Of a DNA stretch of 64,000 nt, positions 23,211-33,160 are shown piece by piece. The notes under the pieces are model-generated. The model was given only the letters and a program-made list of their open reading frames with translations. It did not search any database and was not told the DNA's origin. Source of the stretch: Octopus vulgaris (taxonomy: Eukaryota); the NCBI GenBank assembly GCA_951406725.2, contig OX597836.1:28892001-28956000 (forward strand), given 5' to 3'. The position numbers and the translations under genes are program-made. How positions within the stretch are numbered: the stretch's first letter is position 1; every line of letters begins with the position of its first letter.

Positions 23211-23638
23211 TTTTTATTAAAACTGCAAAATTATCACAGAACTGTTACTCAGTTTCATGTTGCCATTCATCGGACAGTTGTGATGAATACTTTTGCAGCT
23301 TTAATAAAAAGTATATTACTCCATCATTAGTATTTGAGTACTGTTTTTTTCCACTTTGTTTTGCACTTATGTGCTTTCCTGTGTGTGTGTATATATATAT
23401 ATATATATACAATGGATTTTTATTTATTCTTTAAACAGACTGGAGACGAAAGGGATTCAGTGGATCGCAAAATGTCTGTCAACAACTCGAAGCCTGTTCG
23501 GTCTGAATCCTCAACATCATCCTTGCTAAGCAAACCTTCTGAGACAGTAAAGCATAGTCCACTTCAGTCCAGTGACAGCCTCTTTGCTGACAATAACGAT
23601 GACGACCTTTTCCTTTCAAACCCTGTGCCCAACACACA
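613..23638 (+). CDS. WASHC2: WASH complex subunit 2 (FAM21), partial multi-exon gene model (15 exons, 5' and 3' incomplete)
   Basis: All 15 exons join in frame across GT-AG introns of 305-2844 nt. The N-terminal part ([61 protein letters not shown]...[14 protein letters not shown]) matches the FAM21 head domain from memory. The acidic tail carries LF-[DE]n-LF motifs. Confidence 0.95.
985..1410. repeat. About 21-bp minisatellite (caccagtctccactcacactt-like)
   Basis: Direct tandem copies in the intron between the first two exons; explains ORF 885-1343. Confidence 0.9.
1460..1531 (+). CDS. WASHC2: WASHC2 exon ([24 protein letters not shown])
   Basis: ccctcag acceptor, gtaatg donor, 72 nt; conserved NVFNDFxMLxNxQFxEN. 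Confidence 0.95.
1962..2130 (-). mobile_element. RTE-type LINE 3' fragment
   Basis: Minus strand translates [50 protein letters not shown], followed by a (tga)n tail. Confidence 0.7.
2746..2956 (-). mobile_element. (TA)n-flanked short element with degenerate hammerhead motif (2850-2884, G12A)
   Basis: Reverse-complement homolog of 27058-27229; minus strand reads gttt-CTGACGA-A-GAGC-tcc-GCTC-AAAA-CG-TT-aaat. Confidence 0.7.
3873..3932 (+). CDS. WASHC2: WASHC2 exon ([20 protein letters not shown])
   Basis: tttcag acceptor, gtaagt donor, 60 nt; continues ENRVYD motif. Confidence 0.93.
4146..4757 (+). mobile_element. Non-autonomous Helentron/DINE-like element (second copy 25032-25387, minus strand)
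   Basis: 5' ttattacctccgcc, 3' ggtggaggtt sub-terminal inverted repeat, and terminal hairpin gcactc-tct-gagtgc. Confidence 0.6.
4312..4450 (+). mobile_element. Ty3/Gypsy integrase C-terminal (GPF/Y) fragment
   Basis: [42 protein letters not shown] resembles the Gypsy PYxGPF...DRLK signature. Confidence 0.75.
5525..5698 (+). CDS. WASHC2: WASHC2 exon (EMSKEERE...[29 protein letters not shown]...PIFEAK)
   Basis: ttgtag acceptor, gtaaac donor, 174 nt; overlaps ORF 5528-5737. Confidence 0.94.
5739..5970 (+). mobile_element. tRNA-derived SINE, family B (other copies e.g. 7990-8212, 12923-13141, 19625-19842; arrays at 10300-10890, 31740-32165, 53925-55075)
   Basis: ggcggcgagctggcagaaacgttagc...gagttcaaattccgcc head, then conserved core gcctttcatcctttcggggtcgat...aagtaccag; many copies on both strands. 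Confidence 0.85.
6054..6123 (+). ncRNA. Degenerate type-I hammerhead ribozyme motif (intronic, sense)
   Basis: tct-CTGAGGA-GCAT..(inner hairpin)..GTGT-GAAAC-TGATTG-GTA-aga. Confidence 0.55.
6145..6300 (+). mobile_element. RTE-type LINE 3' fragment (frameshifted)
   Basis: [14 protein letters not shown] / [31 protein letters not shown] resembles the RTE GRPRxRW C-terminus. Confidence 0.65.
6508..6598 (+). CDS. WASHC2: WASHC2 exon ([30 protein letters not shown])
   Basis: gacag acceptor, gtaagt donor, 91 nt phase 0/1; conserved D-Y-RPLP-LIGS motif. Confidence 0.95.
7233..7318 (+). CDS. WASHC2: WASHC2 exon ([29 protein letters not shown])
   Basis: ttatcag acceptor, gtaagt donor, 86 nt phase 1/0. 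Confidence 0.9.
7624..7695 (+). CDS. WASHC2: WASHC2 exon ([24 protein letters not shown])
   Basis: tttgtcag acceptor, gtaggt donor, 72 nt phase 0/0. Confidence 0.85.
8740..9045. repeat. Compound (TA)/(TATG) microsatellite
   Basis: Visible low-complexity tract; similar tracts at 35500-35848, 39210-39670, 40140-40525, 46170-46395, 46980-47640, 62230-62583. Confidence 0.95.
9228..9416 (+). CDS. WASHC2: WASHC2 exon ([17 protein letters not shown]...EDKGSTPE)
   Basis: ttgacag acceptor, gtaatt donor, 189 nt, acidic with GDLF. Confidence 0.9.
10127..10193 (+). CDS. WASHC2: WASHC2 exon ([22 protein letters not shown])
   Basis: ttctag acceptor, gtcagt donor, 67 nt phase 0/1; ELAAR motif as in FAM21. 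Confidence 0.9.
10909..11310 (+). mobile_element. tRNA-derived SINE, family A, full length (others e.g. 20750-21145+, 28752-29150+, 31289-31708-, 37670-38042-, 40530-40925+, 52409-52745+)
   Basis: Head gcaggagtggctgtgtg...ggttcagtcccactgcgtg, internal (TA)/(TG) tract, tail ...ccagcatggccacagtcaaatgact...aacaagtaaaag; many copies. Confidence 0.85.
11434..11475 (-). ncRNA. Minimal type-I hammerhead motif with G8C change
   Basis: Minus strand: ttgaac-CTGAGCA-GACAG-aaata-CTGTC-GAAA-TA-TT-gttcaa (6-bp stem I, 5-bp stem II). Confidence 0.6.
11569..11794. mobile_element. piggyBac-like MITE
   Basis: TTAA on both sides, ccctttag...ctaaagga termini; close copy at 44972-45192. Confidence 0.75.
11895..12075 (-). 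mobile_element. Degenerate CR1/L2/Jockey-type reverse transcriptase fragment
   Basis: Minus strand [19 protein letters not shown] (cf. LDxSKAFDxVWH) and [15 protein letters not shown] (cf. INSGVPQG). Confidence 0.65.
12266..12566 (+). mobile_element. Young tRNA-derived SINE with 10-bp target-site duplication
   Basis: ATTTATACAT at 12256-12265 and 12567-12576; head tggcctagtggttagagc...ggttccaatc; CpG-rich. Confidence 0.8.
12616..12687 (+). CDS. WASHC2: WASHC2 exon ([24 protein letters not shown])
   Basis: cctccag acceptor, gtacaa donor, 72 nt phase 1/1. Confidence 0.82.
14030..14127 (+). CDS. WASHC2: WASHC2 exon ([33 protein letters not shown])
   Basis: Long pyrimidine tract plus ctgcag, gtaagt donor, 98 nt phase 1/0. 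Confidence 0.9.
15514..15607 (+). CDS. WASHC2: WASHC2 exon ([31 protein letters not shown])
   Basis: atacag acceptor, gtaagt donor, 94 nt phase 0/1. Confidence 0.9.
17340..17586 (+). mobile_element. SINE/RTE-related family C with (GAT)n tail (others e.g. 18538-18780-, 26727-27059+, 49020-49178-, 51465-51856+, 63263-63560-, 63750-64000+)
   Basis: Shared gtggttggcrttaggaagggcatccagctgtagaaac...acccatgctagcatgg...cgttaaacgatgatgat; variable number of internal ggcacgtaaaaagcacc subrepeats. Confidence 0.8.
17662..17841 (+). CDS. WASHC2: WASHC2 exon (DLFSPTN...[25 protein letters not shown]...QPKD)
   Basis: gacag acceptor, gtaagc donor, 180 nt phase 1/1; LFa-type motif. Confidence 0.9.
18779..19200 (+). 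mobile_element. Unclassified G-rich insertion with internal ~157-bp tandem duplication, possible Helitron 3' end
   Basis: Two copies of ggtgcagaaatataggggagc...gagtagacacctataatgg; ends gccg-cgaagaat-cggc...tttCTAA|t. Confidence 0.4.
19340..20030 (+). mobile_element. Penelope-like element reverse transcriptase fragment, interrupted by a SINE (19625-19842)
   Basis: [11 protein letters not shown]...[30 protein letters not shown], then [23 protein letters not shown], matching the PLE RYVDD...IxFT...LxxLD pattern. Confidence 0.75.
20479..20594 (+). CDS. WASHC2: WASHC2 exon ([39 protein letters not shown])
   Basis: ttttcag acceptor, gtaggt donor, 116 nt phase 1/0; LFa motif. Confidence 0.9.
21515..21905 (+). 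mobile_element. CR1-type LINE 3' fragment
   Basis: LxLRRLxxDL...TRGHTYK...[22 protein letters not shown]-terminus, short 3' UTR and (att)n tail. Confidence 0.85.
23240..23279 (-). ncRNA. Minimal type-I hammerhead motif, U4C variant
   Basis: Minus strand: aactgt-CCGATGA-ATG-GCAA-CAT-GAAAC-TGA-GTA-acagtt; stem I extends into a long rod (23212-23309). Confidence 0.7.
23439..23638 (+). CDS. WASHC2: WASHC2 exon ([11 protein letters not shown]...[20 protein letters not shown]), last recognisable exon
   Basis: aaacag acceptor, gtgagt donor, 200 nt phase 0/2; LFa motif. Confidence 0.88.
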
Positions 23639-23773
23639 GTGAGTAAATTTAATACCCTTTACCTTTCTCTCTCTTCTCTCTTCCCCTTTGTTTCTCTCCT
23701 TTATTTCTTCACTTTCTCTTTCACTTTCAGTTCTCCCTCTCATCTGTTCATTTCTCTCTTTTACTCTCTTTCA

Positions 23774-24377
23774 CGGTGGTTCTCAACCTTTTTTAAAATC
23801 TGGGCCAAATCCAAAACCTGGATTTTTTTTGTTTTTGTTTTTAGGGGGCTGCACCAAAATAAAAGTAAAGCATATGGCAATTAAAGAAATATTTATATTT
23901 ATAAAGACCTCATAGAGGCAATGACAAATGACCGAGACCTTTGGCAATATGCCGGGTTTGAGAAGAAGACCCATCATGCCAGGGATAATGGCTTAATAGG
24001 TCTTCTCAAGCCTGGCATAATGCCAAAAGGTCTTGGTCATTTGTCATTGCCTTGTTACTTGTTACTCATCCTCATTATCATTTAACATCTGTTGTCCATG
24101 CTGGCATGGGTTAGATGGTTTGAGCAGAGCTAGTAAGCTGGAGAGCTGCACCAGACACCAATCCAATTTGGCATGGTTTCTACATCTGGATGCTCTTCCT
24201 AATGCCAACCACTCCAAGATTGTAATGGGTGCTTTTATGTGCCACTAGCACAGGTGCCAGTTGCAGAACACCTGTATCTGTTATGACTATGATAATGAAA
24301 GGGAAGGCCATCAAGAGCTACCTGAAGAATGCTTGAAGGACACATGTGGCCCTGGGAACCATGGTTGAAAACCATTG
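23774..24377. mobile_element. hAT-family MITE
   Basis: TIRs cggtggttctcaacc / ggttgaaaaccattg; degenerate 8-bp TSD ctctttca / ctctataa. Related elements at 26464-26608 (gtctagat/gtgtagat) and 47862-48394 (gcttagat/gtttagat). Confidence 0.7.
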
Positions 24378-27113
24378 CTCTATAATCTCTTGTTTTCTTC
24401 TTCCTGCTTTAAAACTATATTCAGACATCAAATGTGTATATATGTTTCGTTTTTGTACTTGGTTTGTAAGATTCTTTATGTGAATTCGTGTGTTGAAGCA
24501 TATTTTATTGTATCTGGGGCGAGTCAAAAAAAAATAATAAATAAATGAGTGGAAATTGGACCAGTGAGTGTGTTAAATTAATAAAGCACTAAAAGAGAAT
24601 AACTCTCCCTAGACACAATAAAATGTATATGTTACAAAGATATTGCAGCCATAGAAATACCAGCCTATTATAGGCCACAAGCTCTGAAATTTTTCAGGAG
24701 TGGCTGGCTAATTGATTATATTGGTAGCAGAGTTCAGTGGGCACTTATTTTATCGACCCTGAAAGGGTGAAAGGCAAAGTTGACCTCAGTGGAATTTGAA
24801 CTCAGAATGTAAGGACAAATGAAATACCGTGAAGCATTATGTCCAGCATGCTAACAATTCTACCGGCTTGCCATCATCGTTGCTTAACGTCCGCTTTCCA
24901 TGCTAGCATGAGTTGGACGATTTTGACTGAGGGCTGGCGAACCATGCTCCAGTCTTGATTTGGCAGAGTTTCTACAGCTGGATGCCCTTCCTAACGCCAA
25001 CCACTCCATCTTTTTTAATAATGATAATAATAATAAGAGCACTCAGAGAGCGCAAACCTCAGCCAAGGCAACACTAATGTCCTCTCAAAACTTAGCCGGA
25101 GATGATTTTTAAAGCAACCATATCTGAAATAAACTCACCTGCTCTCACAAACAAGAATACTAGGAATGAACTCAAAAATTAAGTAAAAACGCTGGAAAAA
25201 TAATCCAGAATTCTTGTCCGGTAATGGATTGATCTCAAAATCTAATCAGTTTGTGCTTGTCACGAGGCCAAACATTCCTGAAAGTTTCATCTGAATCCAT
25301 CCAGCAGTTCTTGAGATATCTTGTCCAAGGTCAAGCAAACACAACTGGAAACAATACCTCCACCTTCACTAATAGCAAAGGTAATAATTATCTCTGTGTG
25401 GTTCCAATTTTAGAATATGTACTGCCAAAGCTAGTAGAATAATAATAATAATAATAATAATAATGATTTCAAATTTTGGCACAAGACCAGCAATTTCAGA
25501 GGAGGAGCTAAGTTGATTACATCGATCCCAGTGTTCAACTGGTACTTATTCTATTGACCCCAAAAGGATGAAAAGCTAAGTTGACCTTGGTAGAATTTGA
25601 ACTCAGAATATGAAGACAAATGAAGACAAATGGGTGTGCTAACGATTCTGCCAGCTCACTGCCTTTTTAATAATAATATATTGTTGTTGTTGTTAATAGC
25701 AGAATCATTAGAGCTTCAAACAAAATTACCTTGCAGTATTTTGTTATGGCTCTTTGCATTCTGAGTTCAATCCTCACTAGGGTCAACTTTACCTTTCATC
25801 CTTTCAGGATCGGTAAAATAAAGTATCAATCAAGCAATAGGGTCGATGATATCAACAGACTCCCTCCTCTCAAAATAAATGACCTTGTGCCTAGGTGGGT
25901 ATTCACATTCTCCACTGCTGTTTTTCTTATCTGGAGTATGGTGAATCAAATGTTTGAGATATTTAGTTACACAAATGGCTAGGAAGTGTGGGGAAAAAGT
26001 ATTGAGAGAGAGAGAGAGGCAGTGAAATGGTGGCTAAGCAGCTAATATAGTCCCAGGCTAACAGTAGGGCAACAGAGTATGATGTAAGTTAGTGACAGAC
26101 ACACAACTACAAAAGATCACACAGAAAGGTTTATGAGGCAAAGAAACACATGAAGCATCAAGCTATTGATAAAGAAAAGGATTGGATGGTTGGGTGGTAG
26201 AATTAGAAAGAATGAAATTAAAAGAAGAGATTCCCAGTTGGAAAATGAGGCATTGTTCTCTTGGTGGTGGATTACATTAGGTCTGTAATGTTGATGAAAA
26301 CTCCAAAGAAGGAGAGGTGGGAAAAGTAGCAGCCAGCAGATTGTATGTAGTGAGTCATAGGTTTCAAGATGCTGAGGATGTGACTGGGAACATTGTGAGA
26401 TCTTTTCCACTCATAGTGCAATTGTTGGTTAGTCTCTCAGTCCGTAATTTGGTCTGTCTAGATCAGGTATGAGCAACCATTTTTGAGACGTAGGCCACAT
26501 GAGACATGGCTCATCATCAGGTGAGCCACACTCCTGAGAAAATTAAGGTAAATTTTTGTTAGGCATTTTATTCAGAAAGTCTTGCAGATTACAGTTTGCC
26601 CATGACTGGTGTAGATCGTGAGTTCAAGTTCTATCAGGGTTAATAAAATAAATGCTGGTAATAAGTCAATTCTACTCCCTCCATTTCAATTTGTTAGAAA
26701 TTATTTTGTCACTGTTCAGTCCCAAGTCGGCACCTGTGTCGGTGGCACATAAAAAACACCATCCGAGCGTGGCCGTTCACCAGCCTCGTCTGGCACCTGT
26801 GTTGGTGGCACATAAAAAACACCATCCGAGCGTGGCCGTTCGCCAGCCTCGTCTGGCACCTGTGTGGGTGGCATGTAAAAAGCACCCACTACACTCACGG
26901 AGTGGTTGGCGTTAGGAAGGACATCCAGCTGTAGAAACATTGCCAGATAAGACTGGAGCCTGGTGCAGCCTTCTGGCTTCCCAGATCCCCGGTCGAACCG
27001 TCCAACCCATGCTAGCATGGAGAACGGACGTTAAACGATGATGATGATGATGATGATGACTGCATGTGTACCATTGGCGATTTTTTTTTTTCCTCCGTCT
27101 TCCCTTTTCCTAT

Positions 27114-27148
27114 GTTTCTGACGAAGAGCTCCGCTCGAAACGTTAAAC
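27114..27148 (+). ncRNA. Minimal type-I hammerhead motif in short element 27058-27229
   Basis: gttt-CTGACGA-A-GAGC-tcc-GCTC-GAAAC-GTT-aaac; loopless palindromic stem III (ACGT). Confidence 0.7.
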
Positions 27149-28399
27149 CCTCCTTCTTTCCTGAGCATCCAATAATACTATACTTGTTCCACGTCCTCAC
27201 GTTGTTGTGTTTTCATGTTTGGATTAATTATATATATATATGTTAGCACGCCGGGTGAAATGCGTAGCCCTTGTGGGTAGTAAAGAAATATATCTATAAA
27301 CTAAGGGAAATAACTCAAGTAAGCTATAATACCATGATCATTTATAAATTTATTAAAAAAATTGAAATTTCTTCAAATTATCTCCTTTGCATTTGGACAC
27401 CAACTGCTACTGTTTTTTTTTTTTTAATTCCAACTAAGAGGTAAATTCATTGACAATTATTTGTGTCTCATTCAGTCCTTTACAATTTAACTGATTTATC
27501 TAAATTCATGTCAGTGTGGTTAAGAAGCTTGCTTACCAACCATGTGGCCTTGGGTTCAATCCCACTGTGCAGCATCTTGGACAAATGTCTGCTACTGTAG
27601 CTTTAGGCCAACCAAAGCCATGTTAGTAGATTTCTTAGATGGAAACTACAAGGAGGCCCATCAAATACAACCGTAGCACATTTGCCAGCACCACATAAAA
27701 AGTATCCATGCCAGAATCATGTAAAAAATAAGCTCCCATGTTAGTGCCACATAAAAAGCACCCAATACACTCTGTAAAGTGGTTGGTGTTAAGAAGGGCA
27801 TCCAGCTGTAGAAACCATGTCACGGCTGGAGCTTGGGGTAGCTCTCCAGCTTCCCAACTTCTGTCAAACTGCCCAACCCATGCCAGCATAGAAAACAGAT
27901 GTTAAATGATGATAATTATTATTATTATTATTGTATGTGTGTATACCCTTGTCTAGATATCATATGATGGTTATGAATGTTAACCATCATACAAGCATGG
28001 TTTTTCATTTCCAGTCTTCCATGAAAAACATGTCTGGCCATGGAGAAATATTACCTTGCTTGGAAAGAAGTGAGAGTTGGCGACAGGAAGGGCATCCAAC
28101 TGTAGAAAACTGCGCCTCAACAAATTTCGTCTGACCCATGCAAGCATGGAAAAGTGAATGTTTGGTGGTGATGATGATAATATTGTCATGTGACTGGGAT
28201 TAGGACACTGAACTCCTGCTAGTTCAATCCACCTGTAAAGAGGTGAATGGAACTAGTATCTATCTAACCCCCATGTCACCTGTAAACTAGTAACATGGGG
28301 TAGATGGACATAGCTCGCTGTTGTAAGCAACCAGAACACTATATATCACCATCATCATCTCTTAACTGATATAACCAGTTGCTGTGTGCTACTCTTGAT

Positions 28400-28645
28400 G
28401 CTTTCATAAACAGCAGTCGTCGCTGGTTTGTGTTTTCTGTCATGCATAGCAGGGTTGCTGTGTTGTGACCTGCCCAGTCTTTGATGTTGTCAAACCTGTA
28501 TTTTCTCTGTCTGCTTCTCTTTCACCCTTCTTCAACTGTACCCTGAAGAACAGTTGTTTTTGGACAGGGAATTGTGATGGGGGATACATGACAGTAGCAG
28601 GCAAGCTTTCATCTTTTTACCTGCTAATACAGAGTTTCTCAACCG
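28400..28645 (-). mobile_element. RTE-type LINE 3' fragment
   Basis: Minus strand TVLQGTVEEG*KRSRQRKYRFDNIKDWAG (cf. LQGTVEGKRRRGRQRKRWLDNIKEW). Confidence 0.7.
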
Positions 28646-28920
28646 AAGGGTTCCATGTGAATGAGTGAAATAAGCTAATTCTAATTTCATGATCGTAATA
28701 TTACTATTCATACACAACATGTTATTAGTTATTGTAATATGGACATCATCCTGCGCAGGAGTGGCTGTGTGGTAAGTAGCTTGCTTACCAACCACATGGT
28801 TCCAGGTTCATTCCCACTGTGTGGCACCTTGGGCAGGTGTCTTCTACTATAGCCTTGGGCTGACCAAAGCCTTGTGAGTGGATTTGGTAGACAGAAACTG
28901 AAAGAAGCTTGTCGTATATA

Positions 28921-28977
<57 letters not shown>

Positions 28978-31509
28978 TTATCCCCCCAACATTGGGAGGA
29001 CAATGTTACATCCCTGTAACTTAGCAGTTCGGCAAAAGAGACCGATAGAATAAGTACTAGGCTTACAAAGAATAAGCCCTGGGGTTGATTTGCTCGACTA
29101 AAGGCAGTGCTCCAGCATGGCCACAGTCAAATGACTGAAACAAGTAAATGGGTAACCATATATATATATATATATATGATATGATATTTAACATGTGAAC
29201 TACAATGAAAAAATATGAGAAAGATATGGTATATAGTTTTTCTCGTGCAGGGGTTCCTTGAGACATGGAATTTATTTTAAGGGTTACGCAAGGGTAAAAA
29301 GGTTGAGAAACACTGTGCTAACATGTAGCAAAGAATCCAGGCATTTGAGCACAGATGCTTCATAAGGCCACTACACATTCCTTGCACAGAGTGCAAAATG
29401 AACATCTTTGTCGGAAAGCAAATCAACAAATACACTGGCAGACAGAAGCCATTCTATAACACTAGTTTACTAACTTCAAGCGTAGATTTCCACTACCGTC
29501 TCCTGAGAATCACATAACATCACATGTGATTAGGGAGCTTGCTTCCTAGCTACATGGTTTTGGGTTCAGTCCCACTGCGTGGCACTTTGGGTAGGTGTCT
29601 TCCGCTATAGCCCCGAGCCGACCAGAGCTTTGTGATTGGATTCAGTAGGTGGAAGTTGCTGCCGTGTGTGTATGTGTGCGTATAGCTGCTCAGTGCCTCT
29701 CCGAAAGAGAGAGAGGGGTATTACGTCATATGCTACATCATTACATCACATCACATCACATCACATGCCACCGTTTATGTATGTTCCTCACATCACATTG
29801 TGCCACAGTCCATTACCTCTTCATTCATCACATAACGTCCACATGACATCAGATTGCTTCACATTGCATTACATTGCGTCACGTCACATCACATCACATG
29901 ACAAGACATTACGACTTCATTGTGTGCAAGAATTTTATAGCAAGACAAATAAAATTAATCCTTTGTAGCGACAGCAGCAGCGGGGGGGGAAGTGATGCTG
30001 GCGGCGGTAGTGGTGGTGGTGGTGGAGGTTTGTGGTGATGCTAATAGCAGTAGTGCTTCTGGTGGTGATAGTGGCAGTGGAGCAGCCACCTACGATATAT
30101 ATATATATGAAACCTTGTGTAAATAACCGAAAACAAATGGCTCCATTTTTTACTTGTTGTTGTTGTTATTTAACTTTCATTGTTTAGAATTTCTATGGAT
30201 TTTTAATGTTGTTTTGTTTCAAGCATTAAAAAGAAATCAAAAGAAAAAGTTACTGGAAGTTTGATATTCTTTTATCATTGTTTTTGTTTCCTCCTCATCA
30301 TCCTCATCCTCATCATCATCATTACCACTGCTATTATCGTCATCATTATCATCATTACTACTACCGCCACCTCCACCATTGTTAGTCATCACCATCATCA
30401 TCTGAGCCAGCTTGGGAGGGAACCTCTACATGGTTGCTCAACTTGCTACAGATAGTAGCCAAATGACCTCAAATTACACCTTGCCTTCTTAAAGAGTGGA
30501 AGGACACATTGGATAATGTAGTCTGAGGTTGGAAAAGGGTGGAATGAGTTTGACCACTGGTCTGCTGGACCAAGGCTAAAAAATATCATAATCATCACCA
30601 CAGCTAGCATCATCATCATCATCATCACCAACATCACTATCTTGATCATCACCAGCATCAACAACACCACCACCATTATAGATATGCAGTGGCTGAATAG
30701 TTACATTTCTGTATTATCATCATCATTATTATTATTATTATTAGTTAGTGATAGAGCAGTGCATGCCATCAAAATGACACTGGGGTACAAATATATGAAG
30801 CCCAGTATACCCATCATGACTATCCATTTGATAAGGGTACACTAGGCACATGCATCACAACCATATGTGCATGACATGGTGATCTCATATCAAGATAAAC
30901 AGCATATGACCTTGTAGGTGGGGGCCCAGTTAGAATTTTCTTCAGGTCGAGTACCCCATCTTGCTCAAAAGGTCCCTGAATAAGGGTTGTTTAAGGATGT
31001 TGAACAAAACACCCATGTTTTCAGAGGTGAATTATTCAAACCCCAAAGAATTCCTCTCGACACATGACTATGATGCTCCCCAACTACTTCTGCTCATAAT
31101 TAGAGATGCACATATCACCAGCCACTAAGGGACATGCTCAACTGGTTATGGTCAAACAACTGACAAGCAAATCTGTGGTATTGAGCAGAATATTTGCTCA
31201 AGATGCTCAAGAAAAAACAATGTACATGATAACACTTCCAATAATTTAATATCAGAAACCATGAGAGTCACTGCCTGGTACTGCATCACTCTTTTACTCT
31301 TTTACTTGTTTCAGTCATTTGACTGTGGCCATGCTGGAGCACCGCCTTTAGCCGAGCAAATCGACCCCGGGACTTATTCTTTGTAAGCCCAGTACTTATT
31401 CTATCGGTCTCTTTTGCCGAACCGCTAAGTGACGGGGACATAAACACACCAGCATCGGTTGTCAAACAATGCTAGGGGGACAAACACACACACACAAACA
31501 CACACACAT

Positions 31510-31552
<43 letters not shown>

Positions 31553-32161
31553 TACGACAGGCTTCTTTCAGTTTCCGTCTACCAAATCCACTCACAAGGC
31601 ATTGGTCAGCCCGGGGCTATAGTAGAAGACACTTGCCCAAGATGCCACGCAGTGGGACTGAACCCAGAACCATGTGGTTGGTTAGCAAGCTACTTACCAC
31701 ACAGCCACATTTATTATTATTATTATTATTATTATTGTATAAGGCAGCAAGCCAACAGAATCTTGAGCATGCTGGATGAAATGCTTAGTGATATTTCATC
31801 CGTTGCTATTTTCTGAGTTCAAATTCCACTGAGGTCAACTTTGCATTTCATCCTTTCGGGGTCAATGAATTAAGTACCAGTGAAACACTGAGGTCGATCT
31901 CCCAAAATTTCAGGCCTTGTGCCTATAGTAAAAAGGATTATTATTATTAAAATAGTGAGTTGGCAGAATTGTTAGCGTGTCAGGCAAAATGCTCAGCAGC
32001 ATTTCATCTGTCTTTATGCTCTGAGTTCAAATTCCACCAAGGTTGACTTTGCCTTTCATCCTTTTGGGGTCAGTAAAGTAAGTATCAGTTGAGTACTGGG
32101 GTCAATATAATCAACTAGCCCCTCCTTGAAAATTTCAGGTTTTGTGCCTTTAGTAAAAAGG

Positions 32162-32197
<36 letters not shown>

Positions 32198-32289
32198 ACA
32201 ATTAAATGGTAGGCTTACTTATGGTATTCAATTTCTAAACTGCCTAAAAGACTTCCATGACGTTAACAACTTGAACACTTTCAGTCTGT

Positions 32290-33160
32290 AACCTTTAGAC
32301 AATGAGCCACCTAAACGCATTTAGATTGTAAGCCACTTTAAACACATTTAAAGTGTAAGTCATTATGCACATTTAGATTATAATCCACCTGAACACATTT
32401 TGACTGTAAGTCACCTAAACATTATTTACATGTAAGCCAACTAGCCATAAACTAGACCATCTAAGTACTGACTGTAATCCACCTAAACATGTTTAGACTA
32501 AGTCACCTAAACATGTTTAAATTGCAAGCCATCTAGACTACAAACCACCTAAGTGTTTCAAATGTAAGCTGTATAAGCATATTTATAGTGTAAACCACCT
32601 AAACCACATTTAGACAAAGCTGTTTAAAAACATTTCAGATGTAAGCCACCTAAACACATTTTGCCTGTAAACCACCTAAACACATTTTGCCTGTAAGCCA
32701 CCTAAACACATTTTGCATATAAGCAACCTAAACACATTTCAAGTGTAAGCCACTTAAACACATTTAGACTAAGCTGTTTAAAAACATTTCAGATGTAAGC
32801 CACCTAAACACATTTTGCCTGTAAGCCACCTAAACACATTTTGCATATAAGCAACCTAAACACATTTCAAGTGTAAGCCACTTAAACACATTTAGACTAA
32901 GCTGTTTAAACACATTTTGTCTGTAAGCCACCTAAACACATTTTGTCTGTAAGCCACCTAAACACATTTTGTCTGTAAGCCACCTAAACACATTTTGTCT
33001 GTAAGCCACCTAAACACATTTCAAGTGTAAGCCACTTAAACACATTTAGACTAAGCTGTTTAAACACATTTTGTCTGTAAGCCACCTAAACACATTTTGT
33101 CTGTAACCCACCTAAATACATTTCAAGTGTAAGCCACCTAAGTACATTTAGACTAAGCCA
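32290..33160. repeat. About 26-bp minisatellite (tgtaagccacctaaacacattttgtc)
   Basis: Tandem copies, degenerate at the left, homogeneous at the right. Confidence 0.9.

Noticed and set aside
24390-24550. Candidate next WASHC2 exon after ttcag at about 24424
   Set aside because: The translation is hydrophobic and repeat-derived, with no FAM21-like composition. Acceptor-like sites at about 33441, 33963 and 56887 failed similarly.
30749-31287. Solo LTR (TG...CA ends)
   Set aside because: There is no target-site duplication and no second copy in the window, so it cannot be classified.
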